Origin: Eledone cirrhosa
Lineage: Eukaryota
DNA length: 64,000 bases
NCBI GenBank assembly: GCA_964016885.1
Contig: OZ024741.1
Span: 314,836,001-314,900,000 of the forward strand
Direction of reading: 5' to 3'
Shown piece by piece: positions 38,107 through 53,207 of the stretch (the stretch's first letter is position 1; every line of letters begins with the position of its first letter). The translations under genes were made by a program, and so were the position numbers. Below the pieces are notes generated by a model that saw only the letters and a list, made by a program, of their open reading frames with translations, had not been told where the DNA came from and searched no databases.

Positions 38107-40069
38107 CACCGTGTAACAAAAACAAAATTTCTCTGTTCCTGGCTTGTAATCACTTTTTTTCAAAATAAATAATTGTTTCTACTTTAGGCACAAGGCCAGC
38201 AATTAACCAGTGCATTACTGGTACTTTATTTTATCGACCCTGTATGGATGAAAGGCAAAGTCAACCTCGGCGGGATTTGAACTCAGATCGTAAAGGGACG
38301 TAACTATGCTGGAAGGCATGGCGTCCGACCCTCTACCGATACTGCCAATCCAAATAAATAATAAAGTGCTATTAAACAGTTAAAAGTTTGGGTTTGTAAA
38401 AATTCTAAGCTATCCACTAGAATTATTTGTATGCTGGATTTTACGTTGTATGTAAGCTTAACTTTCTTATGTGAAATGATTTTTTTATATATGTTTCAGG
38501 TTAAATTAAAATTATTAAATAAAGAGTAATACATAAAGAAAATTATAAAAGTGCAATAAAGTATAAAATTGTTAAAAAGTGGATTAAAGAGATTTATTGA
38601 TACTGGGGTACCAGAAAAAGTTCCTCACTTCCCAAACCAAAAAGAAGTCAATGACTTTGTCAGAGATATGGTTCTAACCAAGTCCAATGCAGAGCTATTC
38701 GTTTCCTGAATGAAGCAGTGGAACTTGGTCAAGGAGGAAGTACAGGTGATAAGTCAGAGAAGTTGACACAAACCTTTCTCAGGCTTTTACACTCTTAGGG
38801 ATGGCCTCTGCTTCTGCCATGACGTGCCTGGATTGTCTGACGTTATTGGGGTGCCGTTTGTGCCAAAGGAGTGGTGGCTATTTATATACAGCTCCACCAC
38901 AAGTTTGAAGGCTGTCCTCCTCCACAATGGAAACAAGTTCCCGCCACTGCCCCTAGCTCATTCAGTCTGCCTGAAGGAAGATTACTACAGTGTGAAAGTC
39001 CTCTTGGAAGCTCTGCAATACAACCTGTACAATTGGGAAATTATTGGAGACTTCAAGATGGTGGCTTTCCTGCTTGGACTCCAAGGAGGCTTTATCAAAT
39101 TCCAATGCTTGCTCTGCCTTTGGGACAGCAGAACCACCTCTGACCACTACAAAAGAAAGAACTGGGAGCAGCGAACAGAATTTGTAGTTGGGACCCGGAA
39201 CGTCATGTGTGAGCCACTGGTTGATCCCAGGATTGTGCTCATACCGCCACTGCACATTCAGTTGGGGTTGATGAAGCAGTTTGTGAAGGCTCTCAATCAA
39301 GAATCATCCGCTTTTAAGTACCTTCTTGAGTTCTTCCCCAAGTTATCTGAGGCCAAAATGAAAGGTGGAATTTTTGTTGGACCTCAGATAAAGAAGGTGT
39401 TTGATTCTATCGAGTTCTCCAATAAGCTCAATAGGATTGAGAAAACAGCATGGAACTGTTTCATGTCAGTTGTTAAGGGCTTCCTGGGTAACTACTGACC
39501 TGAAAACTACCAGCAACTGGTGCAGGATCTGATAAAGACTTTTGGCGCCATGGGATGCAGGATGTCGCTTAAACTCCATATTCTGGACGCTCACCTGGAA
39601 AAATTCAAGGACAATATGGGCTCTTACTCAGAAGAACAAGGCGAACGATTCCACCAAGATGTGAAAGAGATAGAGCGGAGGTAGCAGGGCCACTACATGA
39701 ACAAATGATGGGGGACTATATCTGATTGCTAGTGCAGGAATGCGACCTGGACTACAACCGCAAATACAGAAAATCCCGTCATTTCTGACGTGTATAAGTT
39801 GCATTATAAGTGTTATTTGTTTTTACTTGTTTGCTTTTGATAAGCTTGTGTAATAAAATAAATATATACTCTGTTGATTTAATTATATGAACTGATAAAT
39901 TGAAAAAAAATGTGTTTTTTCTTGAAAAATATAAACATTTCGAAATAACAAACTCCTGACAAAAGACCCAAACTTCTGATTAAATAATAGTATTTTTTGA
40001 TAATAATGGGATATATCAAACCAGGAAATAATAAGTAAAGCAGGGGAACAATAAATATATTACACGGTG
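38107..40069 (+). mobile_element. Chapaev3-type DNA transposon, longer copy with a decayed transposase
   Basis: Same termini and TTA duplication. ORF 38824..39498 has SLKAVLLHNGN, GDFKMV..LLGLQGGF.K..C.LCLWDSR, PPLHI.LGLMKQFVKAL. Confidence 0.88.
38171..38352 (-). mobile_element. tRNA-derived SINE family A nested in Chapaev3 (duplicate)
   Basis: Matches 26085..26266. Confidence 0.85.
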
Positions 40070-40937
40070 TTACTAGCCATTATAGAGAGGTTAGTGTGGT
40101 CAATGCATATAAGTTGTTAGACCAGCGAGCCATGCAATTAGATGTAAAGAGAGATAGCTTAATAGTCGGAATTTCGTAGGGAGGAGACTAATTTAAATTC
40201 AAATGCACAGATATACACACACGCGCGCGCGCGTACGCGCACACACACACACGCACGCACACACAAACACGCACGCACTCACACACAAGTGTTTATTTGT
40301 TGTGGGTAAATGTAAGAATATCAGTCATAAATAACGCAGAAACAGACAAGTACTGTAAAAGTTTTAATATTTCTGAGTGTAATTTTGCAGCTTATATTGA
40401 TTATTACTTCCATATCAACATCATCATCATCATCCTCATCATTGCCCATCTTCCACGCTAGTATGAGTAAGATAGGCTATCCGTTTGTGAGGGATCAGGT
40501 TGGGATCCCTGATTCGCTCACACAGAATTCATTTTGGCTTGGTTTCTATGGATGGTTGCCCATACTTATGCCAAACACATTTAGAGTGTGTACTGGGTGC
40601 ATTTTGCTGTGTCGCCTACACAACCACTTTATAGCATTGACTGGGTGCTTTTTGCCGTGTCGCCTACACAACCACTTTACAGTGTGGACTGAACGCTCGC
40701 TTTTGTCATGACACGTACATGACAACTATGGTGTGGGGTGGGCTCTGTTGGTGTAGCTTCCGGGGATCCATTTATAGAGGAGGTTGAAAATTGGGAAGAT
40801 GCTTTGTGAAATTGGGGACGTAAGTATTGGGAAGGTTTATGGGAGGTTTAAGGACGTGAGTATTGGGGAGGATTATTGGGGAGGTTGGGAGCCGTGTTAC
40901 AAGCAATTGCAATAATCTTAGCAGAGTTTGCAGCCTT

Positions 40938-41003
<66 letters not shown>

Positions 41004-41631
41004 AATTAAAAATATAACTAAAAAAAAGAGTAATACCCAGAATCACTTATGACTGCAGTTCTGTTTACATGCTAACACATGAGCAAGTATGAGGGGCTCA
41101 TTCTAGTGACGTGGCTTTTAAAAAGAGGCGCGTTTGCATAATTTCAAACTAATAGAATATTATTATTAATATTAGAAAACCTCAGATTATATTTATTGTA
41201 TTCAGCCATGTAGGGCGATTTTTTTTCATTTGAATATTGCAAAGCCAGCCATAAATAGCTCGTATTTTATCGTTAAATGTAAGAATATCACTAATAATTA
41301 TAGTAGAACTGTTTCAAGGAAAGATTTCTGATAATAATATTCGATTCGTTTGCAATTTCTGATATATGCAATGCTTCTAATTATATTGATTATTATTTTC
41401 CATAAGAGGTCATAAGGCATTGTAAAATTGCTGTTCTGGTTTTACATGAACTTAACATCTCTTTATGTAATATACTGTATCAATATATTATTTAATAGTT
41501 GTATGCAGACTGATTCGTTTATCAACACTTTAATCTTATAATTATTGATATGGTATAAAATTGATACCACATCTACAATTGTATGTAATTAATGATATCT
41601 TCAACATTATCATGTATAATGATATTTTCAG

Positions 41632-41766
41632 AATGCCCAGTAGGAGAGTATGGTTTATTATGTAATGGGACATGCCATTGTATGAACAACGCTAACTGCG
41701 ACAAGAGAACTGGATCTTGTTCAGATGGATGTGCTGCAGGTTATATTGGTGACAGCTGCCAACAAG
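41632..41766 (+). CDS. Exon 2: EGF-like 8-Cys repeat
   Basis: Canonical AG/GT, 135 bp; [45 protein letters not shown]. Confidence 0.9.
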
Positions 41767-41795
41767 GTATTTCCTAAAGATGCTAAGTATTTACA

Positions 41796-41924
<129 letters not shown>

Positions 41925-42057
41925 AATATTTATAGTTATGTATATAGTATAAACAACTATAAACAGGAAGGTTTGTAATTTCCTACTAACTTATTACCAG
42001 TAAGAGAAATAGCTGAATGTATGAACATCAGATGTTTTACAGAGCAGGAAAATAAAT

Positions 42058-42399
42058 AAATTATACAATTATCAAAGTTGTGTTCAAATCATTTAATAGC
42101 TGACAATCGTTTCTTCCAAACTCTCATTTGGAGTCATCGGAGCATTATCAATGTTTGCACATGTAATTAACCTCCTATTCAACTGAACAGTAATATACAT
42201 ACATATATATTGATGTTGTAAATACGAAACTGTTGCTCACAACATCAATATATATATGTATGTATGTTACTGTTCAGTTGAATAGGAGTTTAATGATATG
42301 TGCAAACATTGATAATACCCCGATGATTCCAAATGAGAGTTTGGAAGAAACGATTGTCAGCTATTAAATGATTTGAACACAACTTTGACAATTGTATAA

Positions 42400-42401
<2 letters not shown>
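42058..42401. repeat. About 345-bp hairpin, unit B copy
   Basis: Same inverted arms as 29471..29820. Confidence 0.93.
42094..42147 (-). ncRNA. Hammerhead-like motif with CCGATGA core (mirror at 42313..42366 +; solo copy at 51877..51930 +)
   Basis: taatgct CCGATGA ctccaaa tgagag tttggaa GAAAC gatt GTC agctatta. Confidence 0.55.
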
Positions 42402-42476
<75 letters not shown>

Positions 42477-43179
42477 ATATGTATATATATGCATATATAT
42501 ATATATATACACACACATGTATATAATAAGAAAATTTGAAGTACTTTCAGATGTTAAAGTTCTTTAATGATAATGCTGTGATACATATTTAAATGACGTC
42601 AGTGGCCACAATTTTCTGTGTGCCCAGTGTTGTGACATCATCAGACAGCTTTTTACATAATAAGGTTATGTTCCCGAGGCAATCTAATTTGAATCAACAA
42701 GGGAACGGACAAAGCCGGTGTTCTTGATTTCTTCGCCCGATACCTTGTGAGTTCAGATTTACGCCACCGGTTTCCAATGGCGCAAGTCCGAAGGAAGTTG
42801 ACCATCCACTATCTCAAAACTCTACGAAACTCGCCTAGGCAGGTCCCCTCACACCGCAACGAAACAATCAACCCCCAACGCGGTCTGTAATATGACACGA
42901 TTATAGTTTACTTCTAGTCGCCCTGCTAGTGGCAGTTGAACGAAACCTAGTGGTGGCGGCAGTGTATGAGTTTCAATAGACCTCGACACTACCCCTAAAT
43001 TATGCATGGACAATATAATTGACCATCACCCGCTAAGAGAATATAAACTTAAACTTAATGCTAGATATTATGGTTTCATAGAAGAAATTATGATTGAAAA
43101 TTAGAAAGTAAGAGATTACAAGCTAAAATCTTAAATTGAAGTAAATAAAGCAAAAATAAATAAATTAAAAGAATATATA

Positions 43180-43364
43180 TAATTGTTTCTACTTTTTGGC
43201 ACACGGGCAGCAATTGTCTAGTGCATTACTGGTACTTTATTTTATTGACCCCGTAAGGATGAAAGGCAAAGTTAACCTCGGCGTGAATCAGAATGGCAAC
43301 GGCCGTAAATCTATGCGTCAAAGCATGGCGTCCGACCCCCTACCGATACTGCCAATCCACCGCC
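43180..43364 (-). mobile_element. tRNA-derived SINE family A
   Basis: Head GGCGGTGGATTGGCAGTATCGG on the minus strand plus the central domain. Confidence 0.85.
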
Positions 43365-44242
43365 ATATATATATATATATTTGTATATATGTATAGTTAT
43401 GTAATAAAGAACATAAGATAATTATTTCATTTACCAGTGGTTTCTTGAAAGCAAACAAATTTGCCTTCAGTCAGCAGAATGAAAAAATCCTGGTGTATTT
43501 ATTGACAGTGGATTTGAAAAACCTAATAAGCTATGTAACCTACATAGAGAGCTCTTTTTTCATGGACCTTTCCGACGGAATTACTTCACTAACGTATGTA
43601 TATATATGTATAATAACTAATAACTAATAAATAGGGAGATTTTAAATTATAGTAAGAAGTTTTGAACGTGGGATCAATATTACAGATGTATTATCCATTT
43701 ATTAAATGATAATACCGTACAGTAGAACGGAGGGTAAATTATAGTATGAAAAGTAGTAATTAGGCAAATAATTAGTTAATATCTTCTTCTATCACATGCA
43801 TCAAAACAAAACAAAACCTACATAGATGCAAAATGTGAGAGGAGACATTTATGAGAAAAAATATACGAGGAAGATAAACTGAAACCGGTTCCATCTCCGC
43901 GTACTCAATAGGTAATGTAAAATACACTCCCAGAGTATACACATAGTTATTCGCTTCAATGCAACACACGTAAACGGGTACCTATAGTAGTTCCTAAACT
44001 TGAGTTTCTGCCACATTTAATGCAGCAGTAGGGTGCACTACACACTCTGTCCGCATATATTATGCAACAATGCATAATCGGTGCATATGGCTTCATCAGC
44101 AGTTTTCGCCTGAAAAATAATCAATCGATTGACAGAGTTCAACTCCAGTCCGTGATGGCTATGAATGCTTGTGACGGCCAGCACAGTAAAGTGATTAGCA
44201 ACTGAGATCTGATACAATGCTGTAATCCGATATATATATATA

Positions 44243-44328
<86 letters not shown>

Positions 44329-44544
44329 TAAAAGGAAAAGAAAATGCTGACAAATTGTTCCCAGTGAAAAATAGTTTAATTAGGAATAAGTAAAAGTTAG
44401 TAATAGTATTGGTTAGTATTCAGTTTTGGTTTTAAGTTTTACCGGATGCGCATTTCTAATGCTTTTCAAAAATAATTTTGAGATAGAGCGCCCGTGATGT
44501 TTGCTCTAATGTATATAATATATATATATATATATATATATTAT

Positions 44545-47500
44545 TAATTACTTTCTAATTAATTTCAACAATGAGTATTGGACCCGTTCAGATAGGAATA
44601 GAAACTTTGATATTACCATGGGATCATCGGACTCAGCGCAGGTCACCGATCTTCTGGGGATTTTTATCTTAAATATGGTAAATAGAAAACTGCTGGAGAT
44701 TACCGGTGGTTTATATAGTGACGATATTTTATTTACGGTTGTCAAACATAGCAATACAGAATTAAACAGGGTTAAGAAAACTATAATTGAATTCTTAAAA
44801 AATTATGACCTTAAATTAGAATTTGAAAGTAGTACCAAAATAGTTAATTTCCTTCACGTTACCCTTAACTTAAACTCTGGTTTTTATTACCCTTTCTATA
44901 AGCCCAATTAAAACTTAAATTACGTTAACTATTACTCTAATCACCCTAAATCCGTGAAAAATGCAATAGACAATAGTGTACAGAAACGTATAACTAGAAT
45001 TTACGCTAATAAATCCATATATGATGAAAAAGCAGGATATTATAATGACGCGCTAAGAAAGGCATGTTATAAAAATAATATTGAATATATAGATAATAAT
45101 AATTTGAATTATAATCCTGATAAAAATAAGACTAACATATACAAACAAGATTCTAAAAATTATAATACAAACACCGTGAATAAATCGGCGAAAAAAATCA
45201 GAACTAAACCAGTTATATGGTTTACCCCCCAGCTTCTGTAGCAATAAAAACACCACTCGCAAATCTATTCTTTAAAGCTTTGGATAAATGCTTCCCCTAT
45301 TCAACACAAATACCGGTCCATATTTAACAGACACACAATTAAGCTTTCTTATTCTACAACTATGAAAATGGCCCAGAACATCACAAAAATAAATAGTAGA
45401 ATTCTAAATCATAATCAACAAACAATTAGCGATAATGAATATTAAGACTAGGAATAACAATAACATTGATCTCAACACAATCAATAGAACACTTCAAAGT
45501 ACTAAAATGTTAATGTCAATTGTCCAATTTATAGTAATAACAATAAATCGAAATGTAATTGTAGAAATAGATCAAATTGCCTTCTGCAAAATAATTGTCT
45601 GGATAGCAATCTGGTCTATAAATGCATCGTAAAAGCAAATAACATCACATACAACAACATTGATGCAACTTCATCGACATTTAAATTAAGATTTGCGAAT
45701 CATAGATGCTCTTTTTCGAATCCTAATAGGAAATCTTCGACTTCTTTATCACAACTTATATGGTCGTTAAAAGACAAAAATTTAAAATACTCGATTTCTT
45801 GGTCGAAGCTGTGTAATAGTCGAATATACTCGAATTCTTCAATATCACCTTACTGCAATCTCTGTACCATGGAGACCCTATTAATAATTACTAATTATGA
45901 TAATTTAATTAACAAAAACTGTGAATTATTCTCAAATTGCCTTCATAAAGCTTCCTCTACATTCCAAGCCTCGCAAAAGGTCAAGAAAAAACACTAAATA
46001 AATACGTTCTAATTTTTGACGTCTCGTATCAACTAAGTGTGTAAAATGTGATATTAATTTTTTTACTCATTTATGATTTGATAATTGTTAGATTAAGGGT
46101 TGTATATAAATATATTAACATATAGATTGTTAACACGATCTCTTGATGAATATGCATATTTTTTGATTGTGTAGATACATTTAATTTGTTTGGGATTCTT
46201 GTATTTTTTAAAAATATATAGCTTATATGGTTGACAGATGTAATGAACCGTAAACAATTCTTGCTTTTATGTATTTATGTATTTATTCTATTGAAGTATG
46301 TTAGTTTTAAGATTCACGATGTTTGATTTATATATTTATATTTGTTTATATATATGTATGGTTTATGCGTCGCACACGATCCTATTCGACAAACGTTTTC
46401 CACTTAACTTGATGTTAAACTTCAATTATAATTTTACTAACAATGTTTTTTATTATTTATTTATTATATGTATATGGATCACTAATATCGTCTCGAGTTC
46501 CGAACAGAATACTCTGTATGTGTTTGGAAAAGTGTGAATATCTGGTTTAATAACAGGCTTCTAGCTACATGTATAAGTACTCTAGATACTTAAGGACATT
46601 CTAGTGTTATAATTGTTAAATATTTTCTAAATTATATAACGATTATTATTTTTTAATTTAATTAAATTCGGGTTACCTTCGGGTCGATGAAAATCTTAAG
46701 TTTTCTCTTTCTCATATTTGCAGACACTTTAAATATGATACTATACTACTATATAGATCCTTAAAAGTTTTCTTGTATTTTAAATTATATAGCTTAAATA
46801 TTTGGCACTTATATGATTGCAAACAATTTACTTATTTATTTTGAATCTGGTTCGTTTCCTTATGATTCATGAAATTTTTATAGTATATATGTATTACAGG
46901 ATCCTAAGATACAATAATTAATCTAAAACCTTAATTCTAACAATATTAACAGTAACTTATTCATTCTATCATATTATATTGTGTTATATATAACTGATTA
47001 ATATCGTCTTGAACTTTAGACAATATACTTTTTGTATATATTTGGACAAATGCATATATCAAATTTAATAATAATTTTTTAAAGTTTAATTGTAAGGCCT
47101 TTAGATGCTTTAGGGCATTCTAATTGTTGATTTAAAATGTTTAAAGTTATAACTGTAATTATTTTCTAAATTATATAGTGATAATTATTTTAGTATGGGA
47201 AAATAATATAAGATAACATAATTTAATATGGTTTAACTTCGTGTGGATGAAAATACTAAGTTTCTTTCTCATGTTTGAAAATTTTTTAAATATGATTTTA
47301 TAAATTAAATATATTAGTATACTTTAATATTAATATAGAAATTTATAAACTTTTATAGCCTGAAATATTATATCTTTAGTGTAATCCATTATACTTAGCT
47401 AACATAAGAAATTTGAAATTTAACGGTCAGCCGGATAAGTTTGGATATATATGGTGTATAAATAATTGTTAGTATATTTCTTATTAATTGAGGAATTAAA

Positions 47501-48072
47501 CCCTCATATAATTGCACCCAGATATATTTAATATTTAGATAGATGGATACTTCTAGATAATTCAAAGATTCGAGTTTACTCTTTCACAAAGCTATGCCCA
47601 AATGTATATTCATGTATTTATCTATGCTTTATACTATAAAAATTATTCCCCTGTGTCTCTCTATCCTTGATCAATTCTCTTTTGCTTTCTATACTTCTAG
47701 TAACTATATTTTTTCCTCATCTGTTTCTCTCTGTCTTTCTTATTTCTTTCTTCTTTCTTCAATAATTTAAATTATTTCAATCTCTAACAGTTATGTAAGT
47801 TTCTATTATGTATTTTTAAGCTTTCTCACACGCACCCTCTGTATTATATGTAAGTTTTTTCATGTCTCAATCTTAAGGTATATAAATATTGAGCTTGTCA
47901 TATCATATTCACTACCATGACTGAATCTTAACCATCTACTATGTCAAGGTATGTCATGCATCATCTTATTTTATCTGATGAGAACGTACTGTTGAAGATA
48001 GCTCAGTACCCCTGAAATATGTATAATAAAATATACTTGATCACACGAATGTCTATTTTTGTTAATATTCTG
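44545..48072 (+). mobile_element. Penelope-like element family 2 (unit B), hammerhead motif at 47967..48033
   Basis: Duplicate of 30450..33648 with about 320 extra bp near 46378-46696. Confidence 0.88.
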
Positions 48073-48077
48073 AAATA

Positions 48078-49455
48078 ACGGGACGTCGCCTGGCGGACCG
48101 ATTCACTGAGCACCTCCGGGATATTCGTCTCAGTGGTAGTTCCCCCATCGCCCAGCACTTTGGTGGCCCTGGACATTCCGCACGCCATCTCACAGTCTGT
48201 GGCCTACTCCAATGCCACGGAACACCCGCCAATCGCCTTAGAGTCGAACAAAGAACTATCTTCATATTACAGACCCACACTCCCCCCGGCCTGAACTCCC
48301 CACCCTTATTCCTTTAGCCTTCGATCCCACCCTCCCCCCACACTTATCCCCCACTAACACCACTAACACACCCCTCCTTTTCACCGCCCACCCCACAACT
48401 AACAATACTAACAGCTCCACTCCACCCCTCATCCCACCACCCTTCCCCAACTAACATACTAACATCCATCCCTTCTTCTCCTTCCCCCCTCCTTATCACA
48501 CGCACACACCCACCGGCACATATATACACGCGCTCACACTAAACACACACCCTACTACCACCACTAACCCTCACCCCCACACCTCCATCCCACCACCCCG
48601 CAACTAACCTCACTAACACCCCCTGACCCCAAGCACACGAACACACGCACCCACTTACACCACCCACCTCACACGCAACTAACATCACTAACACCCCCAA
48701 CCCCACGCACACGTACCCACACACCCTCGTACACCACCAACTCTACACACCCTACCACCACTAACCCCCACTTACACCAGCATTCAACTCTTTCCCCACC
48801 TCCCGTATACCAACACCCACTAACACCCCCTTCATCAAACTACACACACACCAGTACACCACATTCCCTCCATAGAACTACACACACCCTTCTCTCCCCG
48901 CTCCACCCACACCCTCGCTCCACACTCACTCATCCCACTAACACCTCTACTAATACACACACACACACCCTCCTCACTCCAACTTTCACACCTACCCATC
49001 CTCGCCCCTTTATCATTCCACCCGACTGCTGCTATGCCCTCTGACCACCTCCCAGCACAAACAGACACACAGCACTCCCACCGCTTGACCACTTCCTGTT
49101 GCGCGCGCACCCCACATCTCTCCTCTTCCGACCATCTCTTCATGGAATACTCGTATGTGGAACTTGACCACCATGGAATCTACTAAACATCATAGGAATT
49201 TACCAACATTTCAACCATCCTCTTACGGAATCACCTATATAACTCAGCCACACACACCCAAAAAAAATGTTTTCTCCCACACGCCACCTACACCCACAAC
49301 ACGCTTAAACCCCACACACACGTGCTTTCCACCACATATTTACACCCCCAGCCTCCTGGTTCATCTCCCCCCACCCCTCTATCCACACACGCACAGACAC
49401 TTCGACCCCCACACCTCTTCCTGAACATGCAACCCCGTTCTTCCCCCAAGGCTTA

Positions 49456-49498
<43 letters not shown>

Positions 49499-49926
49499 AC
49501 ACGTACACCTACACACACACACCACCTTCAGCCCTCCCCTCTCGGACACCCCGTCTCCCTCTCCCCACTCCACCAGCCACCACCCCTACACACCCCACAC
49601 CCTTCCACTACCTGTTTTACCCCTTTTTAATTTCAGTTTATTTTGATCAGGCTTTTATATATATTTATTTTTATTTCATTCCTTTTATTTTGATCATGCT
49701 TTATTTTTAATTTTATTTTTAATTTCTTTCGCACCGTTTCCTTTCGCTATATGTCTCTCCACCACTCCCCTACACACCCTTTGAACTCTGTTCCCACACA
49801 CTTCTCACCTGAGGAAGGGCTTATGCCCGAAACGTCGTTCTCCACCACCACCACACTCTCCAGAGCGTGAAATTAATAAACATTCTTTGTACTGCCTCTC
49901 TGTTTTATTCCTGTTCAAATTTTTCC

Positions 49927-49927
<1 letters not shown>
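48078..49927 (+). mobile_element. Penelope-like element family 3 (unit B) with a complete 3' end
   Basis: Duplicate of 33654..34990 that continues to a hammerhead-like motif, AATAAA (49875) and (TA)n. Confidence 0.85.
49806..49840 (+). ncRNA. Minimal hammerhead-like motif, PLE family 3
   Basis: CTGAGGA a gggc ttat gccc GAAAC GTC; stem I is weak. Confidence 0.55.
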
Positions 49928-49956
<29 letters not shown>

Positions 49957-49960
<4 letters not shown>

Positions 49961-50127
49961 TAAACGGAATAGAAAATGCTGACAAATTGTTCACAGTGAA
50001 AAATAGTTTAATTAGCAATAAATGAGAATTAGTAATTGTATTGGTTAGTATTCAGTTTTGGTTTTAAATGTTTACCGGTTACGCATTTCTAAATGCATTT
50101 GTCAGCATTTTCTATTCCGTTTACAAA
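49957..50127. mobile_element. MITE-like element with 31-bp terminal inverted repeats in (TA)n; partial copies at 30232 and 44325
   Basis: ttggtaaacggaatagaaaatgctgacaaat / atttgtcagcattttctattccgtttacaaa, one mismatch. Confidence 0.7.
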
Positions 50128-50165
50128 TATATAATAACTTGTGTGTTACACCTCTATTCTTTTAA

Positions 50166-50235
<70 letters not shown>

Positions 50236-51085
50236 AAATATTTGCTTTTGTATTCTTTCCGTTCCTACACAAAATTCATGGTCATAGGTATAGGCTGATA
50301 CAAAAATATCAAATTGAAGATAGCGAATTTGGCTTTTAGACATACCTCCCTTCTTCTCATCATTGGATGCTGAAGTTGGCGCAATGTATATATATATAGA
50401 GAGAGAAATAATACACCCCGCAACGTGGAAAATTTAACTATATATATATATATATAAATTAAATATATAACTAAAAAAGGGAGTAATACCCAGAATCACT
50501 TATGTCTGCAGTTCTGTTTACATGCTAACACATGAGCAAGAAGGAGGTACTCATTCTAGTTGCATGGCTTTTTAAAAAGATGCGTGTTTGCATAATTGCA
50601 AACGAATCGAATATTATTATTAATATCCGAAAACCTCAGATTACATTTATTGTATTCAGCCATGTAGGGCGAATTTTTTTTAAATATGAATATTGCAGAG
50701 CCAGTCATAAATAGCTCGTATTTTGTCGTTAAATGTAAGAATATCACTAATAATTATAGTAGAACTGATTCAAGGAAAGATTTCTGATAATAATATTCGA
50801 TTCGATTGCAATTTCTGATATATGCAATGTTTCTAATTATATTGATTATTATTTACCATAAGGTCATAAGGCATTGTAAAATTGCTGCTTTGGTTTTACA
50901 TGAACTTAACATCTCTTTATGTAATATACTGTATCAATATATTATTTAATAGTTGTATGCAGACTGATTCGTTTATCAACACTTTAATCTTATAATTATT
51001 GATATGGTATAAAATTGATACCACATCTACAATTGTATGTAATTAATGATATCTTCAACATTATCATGTATACTGATATTTTCAG

Positions 51086-51220
51086 AATGCCCAGTAGGAG
51101 AGTATGGTTTATTATGTAATGGGATATGCCATTGTATTAACAACACTAACTGTGACAAGGGAAATGGCTCTTGTCCAGATGGATGTGCTGCAGGTTATAT
51201 TGGTGACAGCTGCCAACAAG
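51086..51220 (+). CDS. Exon 3: EGF-like 8-Cys repeat
   Basis: Canonical AG/GT, 135 bp; [45 protein letters not shown]. Confidence 0.9.
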
Positions 51221-51965
51221 GTATTTCCTAAAGAAGCTAAGTATTTACAATATATATATATATAATAAGAAAATGCGAAGTAGTTACAGATATTAAAGTT
51301 TTTAATGATAATGCTGTGATACATATTTCAATGATGACAGTTGCCACACGCTTCTGTGTGCTCAGCGTCTTGACATCATCAGCCAGCTTTTTACATAATA
51401 AGGTTATGTTCCAGAGGCAATCCAAATTGAATCGACAAGGGAACAGACACAGCGGGTGTTCTTGAATCCTTCGTCCGATACCTTGTGAGTCCAAATTCAC
51501 CCCCACTGGTTTCCACAGGCGCAAGTCCGAAGGAAGTTGACCATTCACTATCCCAAAACTCTACGAAACTCGCCTAGGCAGGTCACCTCACACCACAACG
51601 AAACAAATCCCCCATCCCGGTCTGTAATATGACACGGTTATAGTTTACTTCTAGTCGCGCTGCCACTGGCAGTTGAAGGAAACCTAGTGGTGGCGGCAGA
51701 GTATGAGTTTCAATAGGCCTCGATACTACCCCTAAATTATACTTGGACAATATAATTGACCATCACCCGCTGAGAGAAAATAAACTTAATTCTAGATATT
51801 ATGGTTTCACAGTTGAAATAAATGATAGAAAATTAGAAATTAAAAGATTACAAGCTAAAATCTTAAATTGAATTAATAATGCTCCGATGACATCAAATGA
51901 GAGTTTGGAAGAAACGATTGTCAGCTGTTAAATGATGTGAACACAACTTTGACAACTGTATGATT

Positions 51966-52070
<105 letters not shown>

Positions 52071-52649
52071 ACTAATAAATAGGGAGATATTTAATAGTTT
52101 TAAAAGGAAGATCAATATTACAGATATATTATCCATTTATTGAACGATAATACTGAACAGTAGAACGGAGGGTAAATTTTAGTATGAAAAGTAATAATTA
52201 GGCAAATAATTAGTTAATATCTTCTTCTATCACATGCATCAAAACAACACAAAAAGTACATAGATTCAAAATGAGAGAGGAGACATTTATGAGAAAAAAT
52301 ATACGAGGAAGATAAACTGAGACCGTTTCCATCTCAGCGTACTCAAAAGGTAATGTAAAATACACTCCCAGAGTATTTACACATAGTTATTCGCTTCAAT
52401 ACAACACATGTAAACGGGTACCTATTGTAGTTCCCAAACTCGACTTTATGCCACATTTAATGCAACAGTAGGATGCTCTGTCCGCATATATTATGCAACA
52501 ATGCATAATCGGTGCATATGGCTTCATCAGCAGTTTTCGCCTAAACAATAATCAATGGATTATTGTTTAGGCGTGCTGGCTATGACTGCTTGTGACGGCC
52601 AACGTTGTAAAGTGTTTAGCAACTGGGATCTGATACAATGCTGTACCCC

Positions 52650-52697
<48 letters not shown>

Positions 52698-53207
52698 CGT
52701 TTGTATTCTTTCCGTTCCTACACAAGTTTCATCGCCATAGGTAAGAGCTGGTATGAAAAAATGAAATTGAAGATATCGAATTTGGCTTATACACATACCT
52801 CCCTTCTTCCTATCACTGGATGCTGAAGTTGGCGCAATGTGGAAAATTTAACTAGGCGAAGGATGTATAAAAGTGGGGATGAGGTATTCCTTTAAATCCT
52901 CATCAACACTCCTTCACTCCCCCTCCCGACACACCCAAATCTCTTATATATAGAGTCACAGATGACAACACAACCTGAGATGAGTTTGACAATCGCTAAC
53001 CGACAAATGCGAAAAAATTCTCTAGGAAAAATAATCGGGAATCTTTCAAATTCTCCCCACCAAAGTTAACAAAGAATTTACTAGATCTACAAAACCAAAT
53101 TGTAAAATTATGTAATTAATAAAAGAGATATTCTATAGAACTACAGGTGAAGTCATTCTTTTCCTTTCTTTCAATATGGCCAACTGTACTAAGGATTTCA
53201 CACAATT

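Noticed and set aside
41592-41777. 61-aa single-exon peptide with an apparent hydrophobic leader (also 51046, 62521), resembling a secreted Cys-rich toxin
   Set aside because: The leader is the intron's acceptor region and the tail is the GT donor. The ATG is absent before exon 1 (ATA). An internal-exon model fits better, though RNA data should confirm it.
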